From: Halodesulfurarchaeum sp.
GTDB lineage: Archaea; Halobacteriota; Halobacteria; Halobacteriales; Halobacteriaceae
Length of the DNA: 64,000 nt
Reading direction: 5' to 3'
NCBI GenBank assembly: GCA_034520565.1
Contig: JAXHNL010000002.1
Coordinates: 640,001-704,000 of the forward strand
Shown: positions 1 to 10,002 of the stretch, piece by piece
Numbering within the stretch: the stretch's first letter is position 1
How the letters are laid out: each line of letters begins with the position of its first letter
Translations under genes and position numbers: made by a program
Notes under the pieces: generated by a model
What the model saw: only the letters and a program-made list of their open reading frames with translations
What the model was told of the DNA's origin: nothing
The model's database searches: none

Positions 1-765
1 TTGTTCGGCGATACGAATTCCCTGGAGTATGTCGTAGAGGATTTCCGCGAACCTTGTCGCCTCCCCGGAAAACGCCTCAACCTCCTCGTCGGCGAATTCC
101 ACCCGGAGGGCGTGGGCCCCGGCGTTCCCTTCGTCCTTGAGCTCGCGGATGCCCTCAACCAGGGACCGGTCGAGCTCGCGCGAAAACCTCCTCAGAGTTG
201 GGACGGTGTCAGAGAGGTTGTTAAGAAGCTCATCGAAGCTGTAGTGGCGGCTGTTCTCCTGGTCGTAGAACATCTGGACATCGTCCCCCGAGTAGTATGT
301 CTTGAGAATCTGGAAAATCAAATCCTCAAAGAGCTTCCGGCTGAGCACCAAAGTCGCGTCGTAGATGCGATATCGGTAGCATTCGTTGATGTCGTCAACG
401 AGCTGCGCGTACCTCTCGTCGCTTTCGAAACCATCTGTGTTGATGAACAGATCTCCCTCGTCCCTTGTGTTGACGAGTACGGTTTCATCGAGCCACCCCT
501 CTACGTACTCAACCCCGGCAGGGGTAAGACGATATTCACCATTGCCCACCGAAGCAATCAGGCCGTCTCCATCAAGCCGATCGAAATATCTAGAAACCCC
601 GGATGGGGAGTAAATGGATCGCGACTGCTTAATTTCGGTCCTGACTTCGGCCTGGGCTACTTTGGGTTGGCCTTCAACTTCATCAAGGTAGTAGAGCGCA
701 AGTGCGGCATGCTCCTTGCCGCCGGCGTCATCATCTAACCCCTCAAGATAGCGATCAAAACTCAT
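1..765 (-). CDS. wHTH + HEPN/DUF4145-like protein (>=255 aa, runs off window edge; absent from ORF track)
   Basis: Hand translation from ATG at 765 (TAATG overlap with upstream stop): MSFDRYLEGL...SGVSRYFDRLDGDGLIASVGNGEYRLTPAG (winged helix)...INECYRYRIYDATLVLSRKLFE...IRELKDEGNAGAH (HEPN-like). Open to position 1; acidic. The + strand 1..738 ORF is its shadow. Confidence 0.75.
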   Translation of the reverse strand, partial: MSFDRYLEGLDDDAGGKEHAALALYYLDEVEGQPKVAQAEVRTEIKQSRSIYSPSGVSRYFDRLDGDGLIASVGNGEYRLTPAGVEYVEGWLDETVLVNTRDEGDLFINTDGFESDERYAQLVDDINECYRYRIYDATLVLSRKLFEDLIFQILKTYYSGDDVQMFYDQENSRHYSFDELLNNLSDTVPTLRRFSRELDRSLVEGIRELKDEGNAGAHALRVEFADEEVEAFSGEATRFAEILYDILQGIRIAEQ

Positions 766-1415
766 TAGTCCTCGTTAGACTCGAGACGGTCCACCGTGCG
801 CGCGATCTGGTCGCACCCTTCTCTCCGACCAGGGAGAGTGAGTTCGATCGCTGTATGTTCTCCAGTCCCTTCCCTTCGGAAATATTGGTCACCCTCACCC
901 TCATTGAAATAATACATGTTGTATAGACTCGAATCGTCAATGCCGGAAATTCTAAGCGCGTCCTTGAGCTCCGGCGACATCACCGACTCAATTCCCATGC
1001 ATTCCCTCCAGAGTGTAAAGAAAATCAAAGAGGCTCGCATCTGCATTTCGCTCCTGCCCGATCCGGATTCGCCCAACACATCGACTTCGAAATTGAGAGA
1101 GGGTGGCTCGTCCCCGTCGGGGTTTACGTCGAAGTACTGATTGAGGACCGCATTGTCGATACCTGTCTTATCTGGTATGTCTCCGAACCTTGGACCCGAA
1201 CCCTGGGTTGGTCGATCTGACGTATCATCTGTCTCGGGGACCGAGACATTCTCGGCCGTATTACTAGATTCCTGGCTAGCGTAGCCTTCGAGTATATCCT
1301 CATTTTCCTCGATAAAACTGATGAAGTTGATGAGCTCTTCCTGAACTTCCTCTCGGTCTTCTCCGGCTAGCTCGACGTTCAGGCGGCCAAGACTGAGTGA
1401 GACCGTTAGTTCCAT
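765..1415 (-). CDS. Hypothetical protein (216 aa), possible C-terminal winged-helix-like domain; translationally coupled to downstream gene
   Basis: Acidic ORF starting MELTVSLSLG; low GC; TAATG overlap with next gene; AT-rich TATA-like tract about 30 nt upstream. Confidence 0.7.
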   Translation of the reverse strand: MELTVSLSLGRLNVELAGEDREEVQEELINFISFIEENEDILEGYASQESSNTAENVSVPETDDTSDRPTQGSGPRFGDIPDKTGIDNAVLNQYFDVNPDGDEPPSLNFEVDVLGESGSGRSEMQMRASLIFFTLWRECMGIESVMSPELKDALRISGIDDSSLYNMYYFNEGEGDQYFRREGTGEHTAIELTLPGRREGCDQIARTVDRLESNED

Positions 1416-1722
1416 ACTCGGTGTCTGACACACGTATGACGCAAATAATTTGCTACAATGCCAAAAATACTGATGACGCGCCCTTCTGTGTGTAATTTAA
1501 CAATCTCTGGTAAGTGGAACGAATACGGCTGGGTTCGTGTAATTCACCATGGAACCGCCCGACTGCGACTGCCCTACGTTCCTGGATGAGGGCAACCCGG
1601 ACGAGGATTTGGAGCCGGTAGCCGTCCACGGTTCGATAATACAACAAGATATATTTGATATAACCATACCTATAATATATTTTAATACAATAGCAGTCAA
1701 TGATACAGTACAACCTCCCCCC

Positions 1723-2076
1723 ATGCCGATCCCAAAGGAGCGTTTCGAGACGATCGCGGACGACAGCATCTCTCCGGGCACGAACGCAGAGCGGATCATG
1801 ACATTCTTGCTGGAGAACGAGGCCTACGCATTTCGCATGACCGAAATCGCCGATGGGGCTGACATTCCACAGGGAAGTGTGGGCCCGACGCTCCGACGAA
1901 TGGAGGAAGACGGCCTGGTGGAACACCGGGCGAACTACTGGCGGGTTTCGGATTCATATCTGGCCTCAGAAGCTGGACTGTCACTGGCAAATGCGGTTGC
2001 GGCCGAATACGACGACGGGAAGGAGTTCGACAGCGACGCGTGGGATGCCGTTGCCGAAGAGCCGAGTGGCGAATAA
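1723..2076 (+). CDS. Small wHTH (MarR/ArsR-like) protein, haloarchaeal antitoxin-like
   Basis: MPIPKERFE...TNAERIMTFL...TEIADGADIPQGSVGPTLRRMEEDGLVEHRANYW; AT-rich promoter region 1635-1710. Confidence 0.8.
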   Translation: MPIPKERFETIADDSISPGTNAERIMTFLLENEAYAFRMTEIADGADIPQGSVGPTLRRMEEDGLVEHRANYWRVSDSYLASEAGLSLANAVAAEYDDGKEFDSDAWDAVAEEPSGE

Positions 2077-2105
2077 CTTCTTGAGCGGTCGCGAAGGAGA
2101 GACGA

Positions 2106-2183
2106 ATGGCGTATTTGTGACGAGATCTGGTTTGGGAACTCGAATCGTTCAAATCGACCAAATCCCCGGGGAAAGGGACGTAA
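2106..2183 (+). pseudogene. Possible decayed N-terminus of a PemK/MazF-like toxin
   Basis: MAYL*RDLVWELESFKSTKSP resembles haloarchaeal PemK starts (MxYxRGDVVWxxDPFK); in-frame TGA at codon 5; directly after the HTH gene. Confidence 0.35.
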
Positions 2184-2208
2184 ACGACGTCCGGCAAGCC
2201 CCACTCCC

Positions 2209-2907
2209 TCAGTTCGTCTGCGAATCCGGCTTTGCGTCGTCCGGTTTGTCCGCCCCCGACGGCGCTTCCACCCCCTCGACGGCCTTGGCGACCTCGATGT
2301 CTTTCTCGGTGTCCACGTGCCAGCGATCCACGTCCTCGAACGAACGGAGGTGCTCTTTTACCTCCTCCTTCAACTCCTCGTCGTTGACGTTGACCTCGAA
2401 GACGAACTCGTCCTGGGCGCGCACCCGCTGGATGTTCGCGCTGATCAGGTCGTTGTCGAAGTAGTAGGGGGCGACCTGGGTCATCACCTTCTGATAGACG
2501 GTGTTCTCGAGTTTCCGGAGGGCCTTTCGACTCGCGGTGTCGGCCGCGCGGGCCACGTAATCGATGGTGTCCTGCCACTTCTCGACGGCCCCGTTCGCGT
2601 CGTTGTCCTCGATGTGTTCGTAGGACTCCGTGAGCCGCTCGCCGGCGGACTGGAGGTCCTCGTCGGCGGTTTTTCCCTTGGCCTCCCCCTCCCCCTTGCC
2701 GACGCTGGCCTGGTCGGCGGTCTTCTCGGAGACGTCGGACTCGATCTGCTCGTGCATCTTGGGCCGCCATTCGACCCACTCCTCGAAGGCGTCCGTGTGG
2801 GACTCTCTCGCGCCGGCCTCCCGGAGTGCGTTGGTGATTCGCTCGCCGTGCTCCACGACCTCACCCCAGGTTCCCCGCTGTTTGAAACCCGAGATGCTCT
2901 CTTCCAT
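2209..2907 (-). CDS. Conserved haloarchaeal protein (DUF5828-like)
   Basis: MEESISGFKQRGTWGEVVEHGERIT N-terminus; acidic. Confidence 0.8.
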   Translation of the reverse strand: MEESISGFKQRGTWGEVVEHGERITNALREAGARESHTDAFEEWVEWRPKMHEQIESDVSEKTADQASVGKGEGEAKGKTADEDLQSAGERLTESYEHIEDNDANGAVEKWQDTIDYVARAADTASRKALRKLENTVYQKVMTQVAPYYFDNDLISANIQRVRAQDEFVFEVNVNDEELKEEVKEHLRSFEDVDRWHVDTEKDIEVAKAVEGVEAPSGADKPDDAKPDSQTN

Positions 2908-3005
2908 GAGGATTCACTGCGTACCGAACGCTAAACACCTTTTCCCTGCGGCCGCGGCTTCCGCGGATCGACACCGATAATTGGACACCCGCCGAGCACT
3001 CGCAC

Positions 3006-3692
3006 ATGCCCATCCGGGAGCAAGAACACGGCGCACTGATCGATCATGCCTTTGCCACCGACACGCTCTCGCGGCTCCGGGACCGCGGGACCGAGCAGAT
3101 CGGGTTCCGGAAGGGCCTGGTCAAACTCGGTCGCCTCTGCGGGTACGAGATCGTCGACGGCGCGATGGAGACCGAGTACGTCGAGATCGAGACCCCGCTC
3201 ACCGGGACGATGGGCGAGCGGGTCAGCGGCCTCGAGGACGTCGTCATCGTCAACGTCCTCCGGGCGGCCACCCCGTTCGTCGAGGGGCTGCTCAAGGCCT
3301 TTCCAGCGGCCCGCCAGGGGGTCATCAGCGCCGGCCGGGACGAGGCGGGCGGGATGGACGAGGACGGGACCTTTCCCATCGACATCGATTACGTCAAACT
3401 CCCCGAGATCACCCCCGAGGACACGGTCATCGTCGCCGATCCGATGCTCGCGACCGGCTCGACTGCCAGCACGGTTCTCGAACGGGTGCTTGCGGACGCC
3501 CCACCGGCGGCCGAGGTCATCCTGCTCGCGGCCGTCAGCGCCCCCGCGGGCATCATCCGGATCGAGGAGGAATTCCCCGACGTGCGGGTCCTGACCGTCG
3601 CCATCGACGACCACCTCGACGAGGACGGCTACATCGTGCCCGGGCTGGGGGATGCGGGCGACCGGGCCTTTGGCACGACTGACTCGGCGTAG
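3006..3692 (+). CDS. upp: Uracil phosphoribosyltransferase
   Basis: [20 protein letters not shown] motif, [12 protein letters not shown]. Confidence 0.97.
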   Translation: MPIREQEHGALIDHAFATDTLSRLRDRGTEQIGFRKGLVKLGRLCGYEIVDGAMETEYVEIETPLTGTMGERVSGLEDVVIVNVLRAATPFVEGLLKAFPAARQGVISAGRDEAGGMDEDGTFPIDIDYVKLPEITPEDTVIVADPMLATGSTASTVLERVLADAPPAAEVILLAAVSAPAGIIRIEEEFPDVRVLTVAIDDHLDEDGYIVPGLGDAGDRAFGTTDSA

Positions 3693-3759
3693 ACGGGGCA
3701 CTGCAGTTCCGACCGAGAAAGAACCAACTTATATGCCGATCCCGGCCGGTGTCTCGGGT

Positions 3760-3975
3760 ATGACCGACGCCGAACAGTGTGATGCCTGTGGGGAGCCGGT
3801 TTCCGACGCCCTCTCCCGGACCATTCGCCTGACCGTCGACCGCTCCCAGATCGACGCCCAGCGGCTCTGCCCGGAGTGTTTCGCCGACTGGATCGACCGT
3901 TACGAGACCGAAATGAAGACCCGCGCGGAACCGGCGATCGTCGAGGACGGCGACGACGAACTCATCGTCGATTGA
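3760..3975 (+). CDS. Small zinc-finger protein (CxxCG...CPxC)
   Basis: MTDAEQCDACGE...LCPECFADW. Confidence 0.8.
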   Translation: MTDAEQCDACGEPVSDALSRTIRLTVDRSQIDAQRLCPECFADWIDRYETEMKTRAEPAIVEDGDDELIVD

Positions 3976-4020
3976 CCCGATATTGGGCTGGACGACTGCC
4001 CGTCGGCCGGCTTTGCCCGA

Positions 4021-4656
4021 CTAGCTATCCATTTCGATCTCGGCGCGACCACTCGTCGCGCTGCGGATCCGATCCCGGAGGGCGTCGGCCTCTCCGACCG
4101 GAACCGTCACCGAAAAGGACACCTGCTCCTGGTACTCCGCGTCGAAATCCACGTCGGCTGACTCCAGGATCCCCCTGACCGTCCCCGAATCGTCGTAGAC
4201 AACTTCGATGCCGAACGTCTCCTCCGGCCGGGTCTCGGTCACGCCGGCGTCCTCGACGGCCTCTTTCACGCCGCGACTGAACGCCCGAGCCAGCCCGCCG
4301 ATCCCGAGGTTCGTCCCGCCGTAAATGCGGGCGACGACCGCGACCACGTTCTCGAGGTCCTGCTGGACGAGGACGTTCAGCGCCGGTTTCCCCGCGGAGC
4401 CCGTTGGCTCGTAATGGTCGTCCTGGTACTCTCGAAGGATGTATCCGTGGCCGGAGTCGACCCGGACGCGGTAAGCCGGGATGATCGTCGCCCCCGAGAA
4501 CTCGCCTCGAACGGCCTCGATGTAGTCCTCGGCGGCCACCTTGCTCCGTGCGGGAGCGACGTGCCCGGTGAACTCCGAGCCCCGGATCTCGAAGTACGAG
4601 CGCCCCTCTCCGGCCACCGTCCTGTAGGGCTCGGGGTCGGCGCCGGGATCCCTCAT
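4021..4656 (-). CDS. IMPACT/YigZ family protein
   Basis: IRGSEF, DDHYEPTGSAGKP, RIYGGTNLGIGGLARAF. Confidence 0.92.
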   Translation of the reverse strand: MRDPGADPEPYRTVAGEGRSYFEIRGSEFTGHVAPARSKVAAEDYIEAVRGEFSGATIIPAYRVRVDSGHGYILREYQDDHYEPTGSAGKPALNVLVQQDLENVVAVVARIYGGTNLGIGGLARAFSRGVKEAVEDAGVTETRPEETFGIEVVYDDSGTVRGILESADVDFDAEYQEQVSFSVTVPVGEADALRDRIRSATSGRAEIEMDS

Positions 4657-4731
4657 CGTCCGGAGTCGGTGACTGAGTGCCTTCGGGATTGCGGTTTCGT
4701 CATTGCGGTCGGCACCGACCGATCAACCCGA

Positions 4732-5235
4732 TCAGGCGATCTCGATCGACCGAACGAACTCGAGGTTCGAAAGCTCGGTGAGCAAATCGCCCGGGACTTG
4801 CTCTTCCGTGATGATGTGGAGCCGCGGCTCGTCGGTGAACTCGGGGTCCTCGCTGACCGCCTGGCGGATCGTGATGCCCCGGTCGGCGAGGCGGCTCGTG
4901 ATCGTGGCGATGATGCCGGACTCCCCGGCGCTGGTGACCGCGATCGTGAGGACGGTCAGGTCCAGCAAGGGCGCGAGGTCCATCAAGCTCGGAATCTGGG
5001 AGATGTTCCGGAAGATCCGCTCGAGTTCCGGGTCGGTGAGGATCGCGTTGGTCGTCGTGTCGACGACCCGTCGATCCACGCCCGCCTCCTCGGCGACCTG
5101 GGTGTTGGGGATCTCGATCGAGCCGGAGACCACTCGTCCCTCCTCGTTGACGGAAAACCCCCGCTCGAGCATGAGCCGAACCACGGCCTGCTGGCCCGGA
5201 CTTCCCTCGAACTTCTCCATGATGGACCCGAACAT
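4732..5235 (-). CDS. ACT-domain regulatory protein
   Basis: N-terminal HTH-like VAEEAGVDRRVV, C-terminal ACT (GIIATITSRLADRGITIRQ). Confidence 0.85.
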   Translation of the reverse strand: MFGSIMEKFEGSPGQQAVVRLMLERGFSVNEEGRVVSGSIEIPNTQVAEEAGVDRRVVDTTTNAILTDPELERIFRNISQIPSLMDLAPLLDLTVLTIAVTSAGESGIIATITSRLADRGITIRQAVSEDPEFTDEPRLHIITEEQVPGDLLTELSNLEFVRSIEIA

Positions 5236-5261
5236 CCGCGATCACCTCCTCCCGGATCCCG

Positions 5262-5852
5262 TCATTCGATCGTGCCCTTGGTGCTCGGTGCGTCGCTCCG
5301 GCGGTCGTCGAGACGGGTCGCATCGTCGAGAGCGACTCCAAGGGCCTTGAAGAGCGCCTCGATCTCGTGGTGGGCGTTTTCGCCCTCGAAATCCACCTGC
5401 AGGGTCAGGCCCGCGTGCTCCGCGAGCGAGCGGACGAAATGGGTCCCGAGCACGCTCGTGAACTCGCCCACGCGGTCCTGGGAGAACGCTCCCGTGGCTT
5501 CGAAGTACGGCCGTCCGCTCACGTCGAGGACGACCGTCGCCCGCGCCTCGTCCATGGGAACGGTCCGATCGGCGAATCGGCGGATCGCCCGACGCTCTCC
5601 CAGGGCCTCGTCGATGGCCTGGCCAAGGACGATTCCCACGTCCTCGACGGTGTGGTGCTCGTCGACGTCAAGGTCGCCCGCACACCGGACGGTCAGATCG
5701 AGGTAGCCGTGGCGGGCGAACGCGGTCAGCATGTGGTCGAAAAAGCCCACGCCGGTGTCGACGGTCGTTTCGCCGGTCCCGTCGAGGTCGACCGTGACCG
5801 AGATCTCCGTCTCGGCGGTCTCCCGCTTTCGGGCCGCTTGCCGTTCGCTCAT
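5262..5852 (-). CDS. hisB: Imidazoleglycerol-phosphate dehydratase
   Basis: [37 protein letters not shown]. Confidence 0.97.
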   Translation of the reverse strand: MSERQAARKRETAETEISVTVDLDGTGETTVDTGVGFFDHMLTAFARHGYLDLTVRCAGDLDVDEHHTVEDVGIVLGQAIDEALGERRAIRRFADRTVPMDEARATVVLDVSGRPYFEATGAFSQDRVGEFTSVLGTHFVRSLAEHAGLTLQVDFEGENAHHEIEALFKALGVALDDATRLDDRRSDAPSTKGTIE

Positions 5853-5899
5853 ACCCCATTCCAGCCGGGGGACCCATATGACCGTTGTGCTCGGATCGC

Positions 5900-6622
5900 C
5901 TACTCGACCGCCGATTTGGCCGCTTCGAGGGTGAACGCACCCTCGTAGAGGGCGGTCCCGACGACGACAGCCGCTGCGCCGACCGCTTTGAGCGCGACGA
6001 CGTCCTCGATGTTGGCGACCCCGCCGCTTGCCACGACCGGAATCTCGACGGCGTCGACGACCCGCTCGACCAGCTCGGTCCGAACGCCCTCCTGTTTGCC
6101 CTCGACGTCGACGTCGGTGAAGAGGATCCCGGCTGCGCCGAGGGCCTCGTATCGACTGGCGGCCTCGGCCGGGTCGAGCCCGGTTCCTTCCGTCCAACCC
6201 GAGACGACGACCTCGCCGTCTTTCGCGTCGAGACTGACGAGCACCCCGTCGGGATGGATGTCGCTGATTTGCTCGACGAGTGCGGGTTCCTCGAGGGCTG
6301 CGGTGCCCAGGATCACGCGCTCGACGCCCGAGTCGAGCAGTTCGAGTGCGTCCGCCGCGGTCCGGATCCCACCCCCGAGCTGCACGGGCACGTCCACGGC
6401 CTCGAGGATTGCGTCGATCGCCCCGGCGTTCCGTCGTTCGCCCTCGAAGGCCCCGTCGAGGTCGACGAGGTGGAGCGTCTCCGCGCCCGCCTCGACCCAG
6501 CCGGTGGCGGCCGCGACCGGATCGCCGTAGGTCTTCCCTGTTCCCCGCTCGCCCTGGACGAGTTGGACGACTTCACCGTCTTTGAGATCTACCGCGGGAA
6601 TGACTTCGAATCGCTCGCGCAT
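5900..6622 (-). CDS. hisA: ProFAR isomerase
   Basis: [30 protein letters not shown]. Confidence 0.96.
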   Translation of the reverse strand: MRERFEVIPAVDLKDGEVVQLVQGERGTGKTYGDPVAAATGWVEAGAETLHLVDLDGAFEGERRNAGAIDAILEAVDVPVQLGGGIRTAADALELLDSGVERVILGTAALEEPALVEQISDIHPDGVLVSLDAKDGEVVVSGWTEGTGLDPAEAASRYEALGAAGILFTDVDVEGKQEGVRTELVERVVDAVEIPVVASGGVANIEDVVALKAVGAAAVVVGTALYEGAFTLEAAKSAVE

Positions 6623-6783
6623 GGATAACGGTTTCGCGGCCCGACCTTTTAAGCCGGCGCCATCGTGATTGCCCGCGCGCCGAGTGGATTTCCCCGCCGG
6701 GTCCGGAGGTGTCGGCGGATTTTGCCGAAGAATGGTGGAAAAAGGAAAACTACTATCCCCTCTGCGTGTGTATACTGCTGGTG

Positions 6784-7173
6784 ATGCCCACAGTAGAATA
6801 CGTCAACTACGAGGTACTCGACGACCAGGGCTGGGACCTGGACGACGGCGATCTGTTCGAGAAGGCGGCGGACGCCGGACTCGACGATGAAGACTACGGG
6901 ACACTCGACGTCGGCGAAGGTGAGTATATCCTCGAGGCCGCGGAAGCACAGGGCTTTGACTGGCCCTTCTCCTGCCGGGCCGGCGCCTGTGCGAACTGTG
7001 CCGGAATCGTCAAAGAGGGCGACGTCGAGATGGACATGCAGCAGATCCTCTCCGATGAGGAAGTCGAGGACGAGAACGTCCGTCTGACCTGTATCGGCTC
7101 GCCGTCGGCCGACGAGGTCAAACTCGTCTACAACGCCAAGCACCTGGACTTCCTCCAGGACCGCGTCATCTGA
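6784..7173 (+). CDS. fer: Halophilic [2Fe-2S] ferredoxin
   Basis: MPTVEY...[13 protein letters not shown]...RLTC. Confidence 0.97.
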   Translation: MPTVEYVNYEVLDDQGWDLDDGDLFEKAADAGLDDEDYGTLDVGEGEYILEAAEAQGFDWPFSCRAGACANCAGIVKEGDVEMDMQQILSDEEVEDENVRLTCIGSPSADEVKLVYNAKHLDFLQDRVI

Positions 7174-7379
7174 TCGGCCAGGAACCGACGGTTCGGCGTC
7201 CCCCTTTCGGGGAGCACTTTTCGAGCAGCAGTTTCACGGATAGTCCCGCTTACTGCAGGTCCACCTTGGGCCCGGACAACGACGACCGGCCCCATCGTCT
7301 CGGGTCGAATGAAACGACGGCGGCCGGCAAACGGTTCGAGTGGCCGGATTGAAGGCCACACTCCCCGAACGGGAACCTA

Positions 7380-8543
7380 ATGGCAGCCCAGCCATGGATT
7401 TCGTCGTCCGAACCCGAGCTTCCCGACACCGTTCCTGCACTCCGGAACGCGATGCCCGCACTCGCTGACAGGCTGTACTTCAATTGGGGGGCAAGTGGCC
7501 CGAGCCCTCGCCCCGTCGTTTCCGCGGCGAACGCCGCGATCGAATACCACGAATTCCAGGCGCCACGGGATGTCGGGATGTACCCCGCAGCCGACGAGAT
7601 TTTCGAGCATGCCCGCGAGTCGATCGCCGACCTGGTGGGCGTTTCTCCGTCGACGATCGCACTGACACAGAGCACGACGGAGGGGATCAACCGAGTTGGA
7701 ACGGCGATCGACTGGGAGCCGGGAGACGTCGTCGTCACGACGGATCTCGAACACGCCGCGGGTCGACTCCCGTGGACCCGACTCCAGGACGCGGCGGGTA
7801 TCGAGGTCCGTGTGCTGGAAACGGACCGGGGCCGGATCGACCTCGAGGCGCTGGACCGAGCGGTTCAGGGTGCCGGTCTGCTCTGTGTCAGCGCCGTCGA
7901 CTGGCTCTACGGACGGGCCCATCCCGTTTCAGAGATGGTCGAGATCGCCCACGAAAACGACGCGCTTGCCCTCGTCGATGCCGTTCAAGTGCCGGGCCAG
8001 CGGCCCGTCGATATTCGGACTTGGAACGCGGATTTCGTCGCCGGCGCCGGTCACAAGTGGCTGCTCGGCCCGTGGGGTGCTGGCTATCTCTACGTGGCCC
8101 CGGCGGTCGTCGAAGCCCTCGAACCCATTCACGTCGGGTATCGAAGCGTTTCGACCGCCTCGGGTGGCGAATACGAACTCCACGACGATGCGAAACGGTT
8201 CGAAGTCGGAACCATGAGCCCTGGCCCATTTGCGGGCCTCCGGACGGCCATCGAAACGATGCAGCGTGTGGGCCTCGAACAGGTCAACGAGCGGATTCGA
8301 ACGCTTCGCTCCCGGTTCGTCGAAGGGATCCCGTCCGCCCGTCTCAGAAGCCCGGCCGAGTCGCCGACCGGTCTCGTCACCCTCGCGGTCCCGGACGCGG
8401 ATTCGGTGGTCGAGCGACTGGATTCGGCCGGGATCGCCGTTCGGTCACTGCCCCTCTCCGACTCGATTCGCGTGTCGATTCACGCCCCGAACACCGAGGC
8501 GGAAATCGATGCAATCCTGGCGGCTCTGGAACCGGTTTGGTGA
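7380..8543 (+). CDS. PLP-dependent class V aminotransferase-fold enzyme (C-DES/cystine lyase-like)
   Basis: YFNWGASGP, STTEG, EH, DAVQ, GHKW, RFEVGT; no C-terminal catalytic Cys. Confidence 0.85.
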   Translation: MAAQPWISSSEPELPDTVPALRNAMPALADRLYFNWGASGPSPRPVVSAANAAIEYHEFQAPRDVGMYPAADEIFEHARESIADLVGVSPSTIALTQSTTEGINRVGTAIDWEPGDVVVTTDLEHAAGRLPWTRLQDAAGIEVRVLETDRGRIDLEALDRAVQGAGLLCVSAVDWLYGRAHPVSEMVEIAHENDALALVDAVQVPGQRPVDIRTWNADFVAGAGHKWLLGPWGAGYLYVAPAVVEALEPIHVGYRSVSTASGGEYELHDDAKRFEVGTMSPGPFAGLRTAIETMQRVGLEQVNERIRTLRSRFVEGIPSARLRSPAESPTGLVTLAVPDADSVVERLDSAGIAVRSLPLSDSIRVSIHAPNTEAEIDAILAALEPVW

Positions 8544-8602
8544 GACGAGTCATCGAGCCGAGACGATAACAGCTAAACCGCGACCGGGCAAGAGATCCAC
8601 TC

Positions 8603-9595
8603 GTGGACGCCACCATTCCCGACCTCCTGCGGCTGCTCGCGGTTCCGGTCCTCGGGTGGGCCGCCGTCCGGGACGCCAGGACGAGACGAGTTCCCAACCG
8701 GACGTGGTACCCGCTCGTCTCTCTGGGAGTGTTGCTTCTCCTCTGGGACGCTCTCGTCCTCGGATTCGAGGGGCCGGGGTTCAGCCTGTTTCTCCTGCGG
8801 GCGGGCCTCGGCATCGCCATCGTGGGCACACTCGCCATGGGCTTCTGGTTCACGGGCAGCTTCGGCGGGGCCGACGCGAAGGCGTTCCTGGCGATCGCCG
8901 TGCTCTTTCCGACCTATCCGGCCTACGAACTGTTCGGAACGACCCTCCCCGTCGTGGTCACGGACCTGGGGATCTTCTCGCTGACCATCCTGACCAACGC
9001 CGTGCTCGTCGGCGTCGCGTATCCGATCGCGCTCGCGGTCGGGAACGCCCGGTCGGGGGAACGCTCCCCGCTTTCCTTCGTCGCCCGGCGGGTGTCCGTC
9101 TCGAGTCTCCTTGAGCGACACGGGACCCTCCTCGATACGGACGGTTCGTTTACCCAATCCGGCCTGGACCTGGACGCGCTGCGGATGTACCTCCGGTGGC
9201 GCCGGGTCGATCTCGACACCGTGTGTGCGAACCCGGCTCTCGTGGACCCGAACACGCTCCCCGAGGATCCGGGCGACCCGACCGACGGGGCGGTCGAGAC
9301 AGGGGGCGTTGCGGACACGAGTGCCGGATCCCGGGCCGAGGCGGCGGACTGGAACGACGGTCCCATCGAGGATCGCTGGGGTGCAGCGGCGTTCCTCGCG
9401 GCCATCGACACCACTGCGTACGGCACGGACCCCGAGGACCTCCGGACCGGGCTCGACCGGATCGTCGACGCCGAGTCCGTCTGGGTTTCGCCCGGCATCC
9501 CGTTCATCGTCCCGACCTTTCTCGGGCTCGTCCTCGCGCTTACGGTTGGAGACCTGCTCTTCCTGGTTTTGGGCCTGTTCGGGGTCGTGGCATAG
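8603..9595 (+). CDS. pibD: Prepilin/prearchaellin peptidase (A24)
   Basis: D-x-R-x-R-R-V-P-N, GGADAK aspartyl motif, [11 protein letters not shown]. Confidence 0.9.
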   Translation: MDATIPDLLRLLAVPVLGWAAVRDARTRRVPNRTWYPLVSLGVLLLLWDALVLGFEGPGFSLFLLRAGLGIAIVGTLAMGFWFTGSFGGADAKAFLAIAVLFPTYPAYELFGTTLPVVVTDLGIFSLTILTNAVLVGVAYPIALAVGNARSGERSPLSFVARRVSVSSLLERHGTLLDTDGSFTQSGLDLDALRMYLRWRRVDLDTVCANPALVDPNTLPEDPGDPTDGAVETGGVADTSAGSRAEAADWNDGPIEDRWGAAAFLAAIDTTAYGTDPEDLRTGLDRIVDAESVWVSPGIPFIVPTFLGLVLALTVGDLLFLVLGLFGVVA

Positions 9596-9636
9596 CAGAC
9601 GTAACGGCTATCCGGCAACGAATCCTTCCTCCGGCC

Positions 9637-10002
9637 ATGACTTCCCTCGAGGTCGATCTGGAGTTCGACAACGGACTGATTCCCGTCATCGCCCAGGACG
9701 TCGAGAGCGACGACGTTCTGATGTTTGCCTATGCCACCCGCGAGGCCGTCGAACGGACCGCCGAGACCGGCCGAGCCCACTACTACTCCCGCAGTCGAGA
9801 CGAACTCTGGGAGAAGGGCCAGACCTCGGGGCACACCCAGACCGTCGCGGAGATCCGGGTGGATTGTGACGGCGACGCGCTGCTCTACCGCGTCGAACAG
9901 GAAGGTGGGGCCTGCCACACCGGCCACCGATCGTGTTTCTTCCGGACCGCCGACGGGACCGACGTCGGCGAGGTCGTCTTCGACCCCGAGAATGTCTACT
10001 GA
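9637..10002 (+). CDS. hisI: Phosphoribosyl-AMP cyclohydrolase
   Basis: [28 protein letters not shown]. Confidence 0.97.
   Translation: MTSLEVDLEFDNGLIPVIAQDVESDDVLMFAYATREAVERTAETGRAHYYSRSRDELWEKGQTSGHTQTVAEIRVDCDGDALLYRVEQEGGACHTGHRSCFFRTADGTDVGEVVFDPENVY

Noticed and set aside
1-738. 245-aa + strand ORF in the track
   Set aside because: Antisense shadow; the minus-strand frame has recognisable domains and a coupled start.
1549-1722. N-terminal extension MEPPDCDCPT... of the HTH ORF
   Set aside because: Runs through AT-rich promoter-like DNA; the start at 1723 fits better. It may be a gene fragment but is unsupported.
4653-4703. 16-codon ORF overlapping the YigZ start
   Set aside because: Too short, with no His codons or attenuator structure to support a leader peptide.
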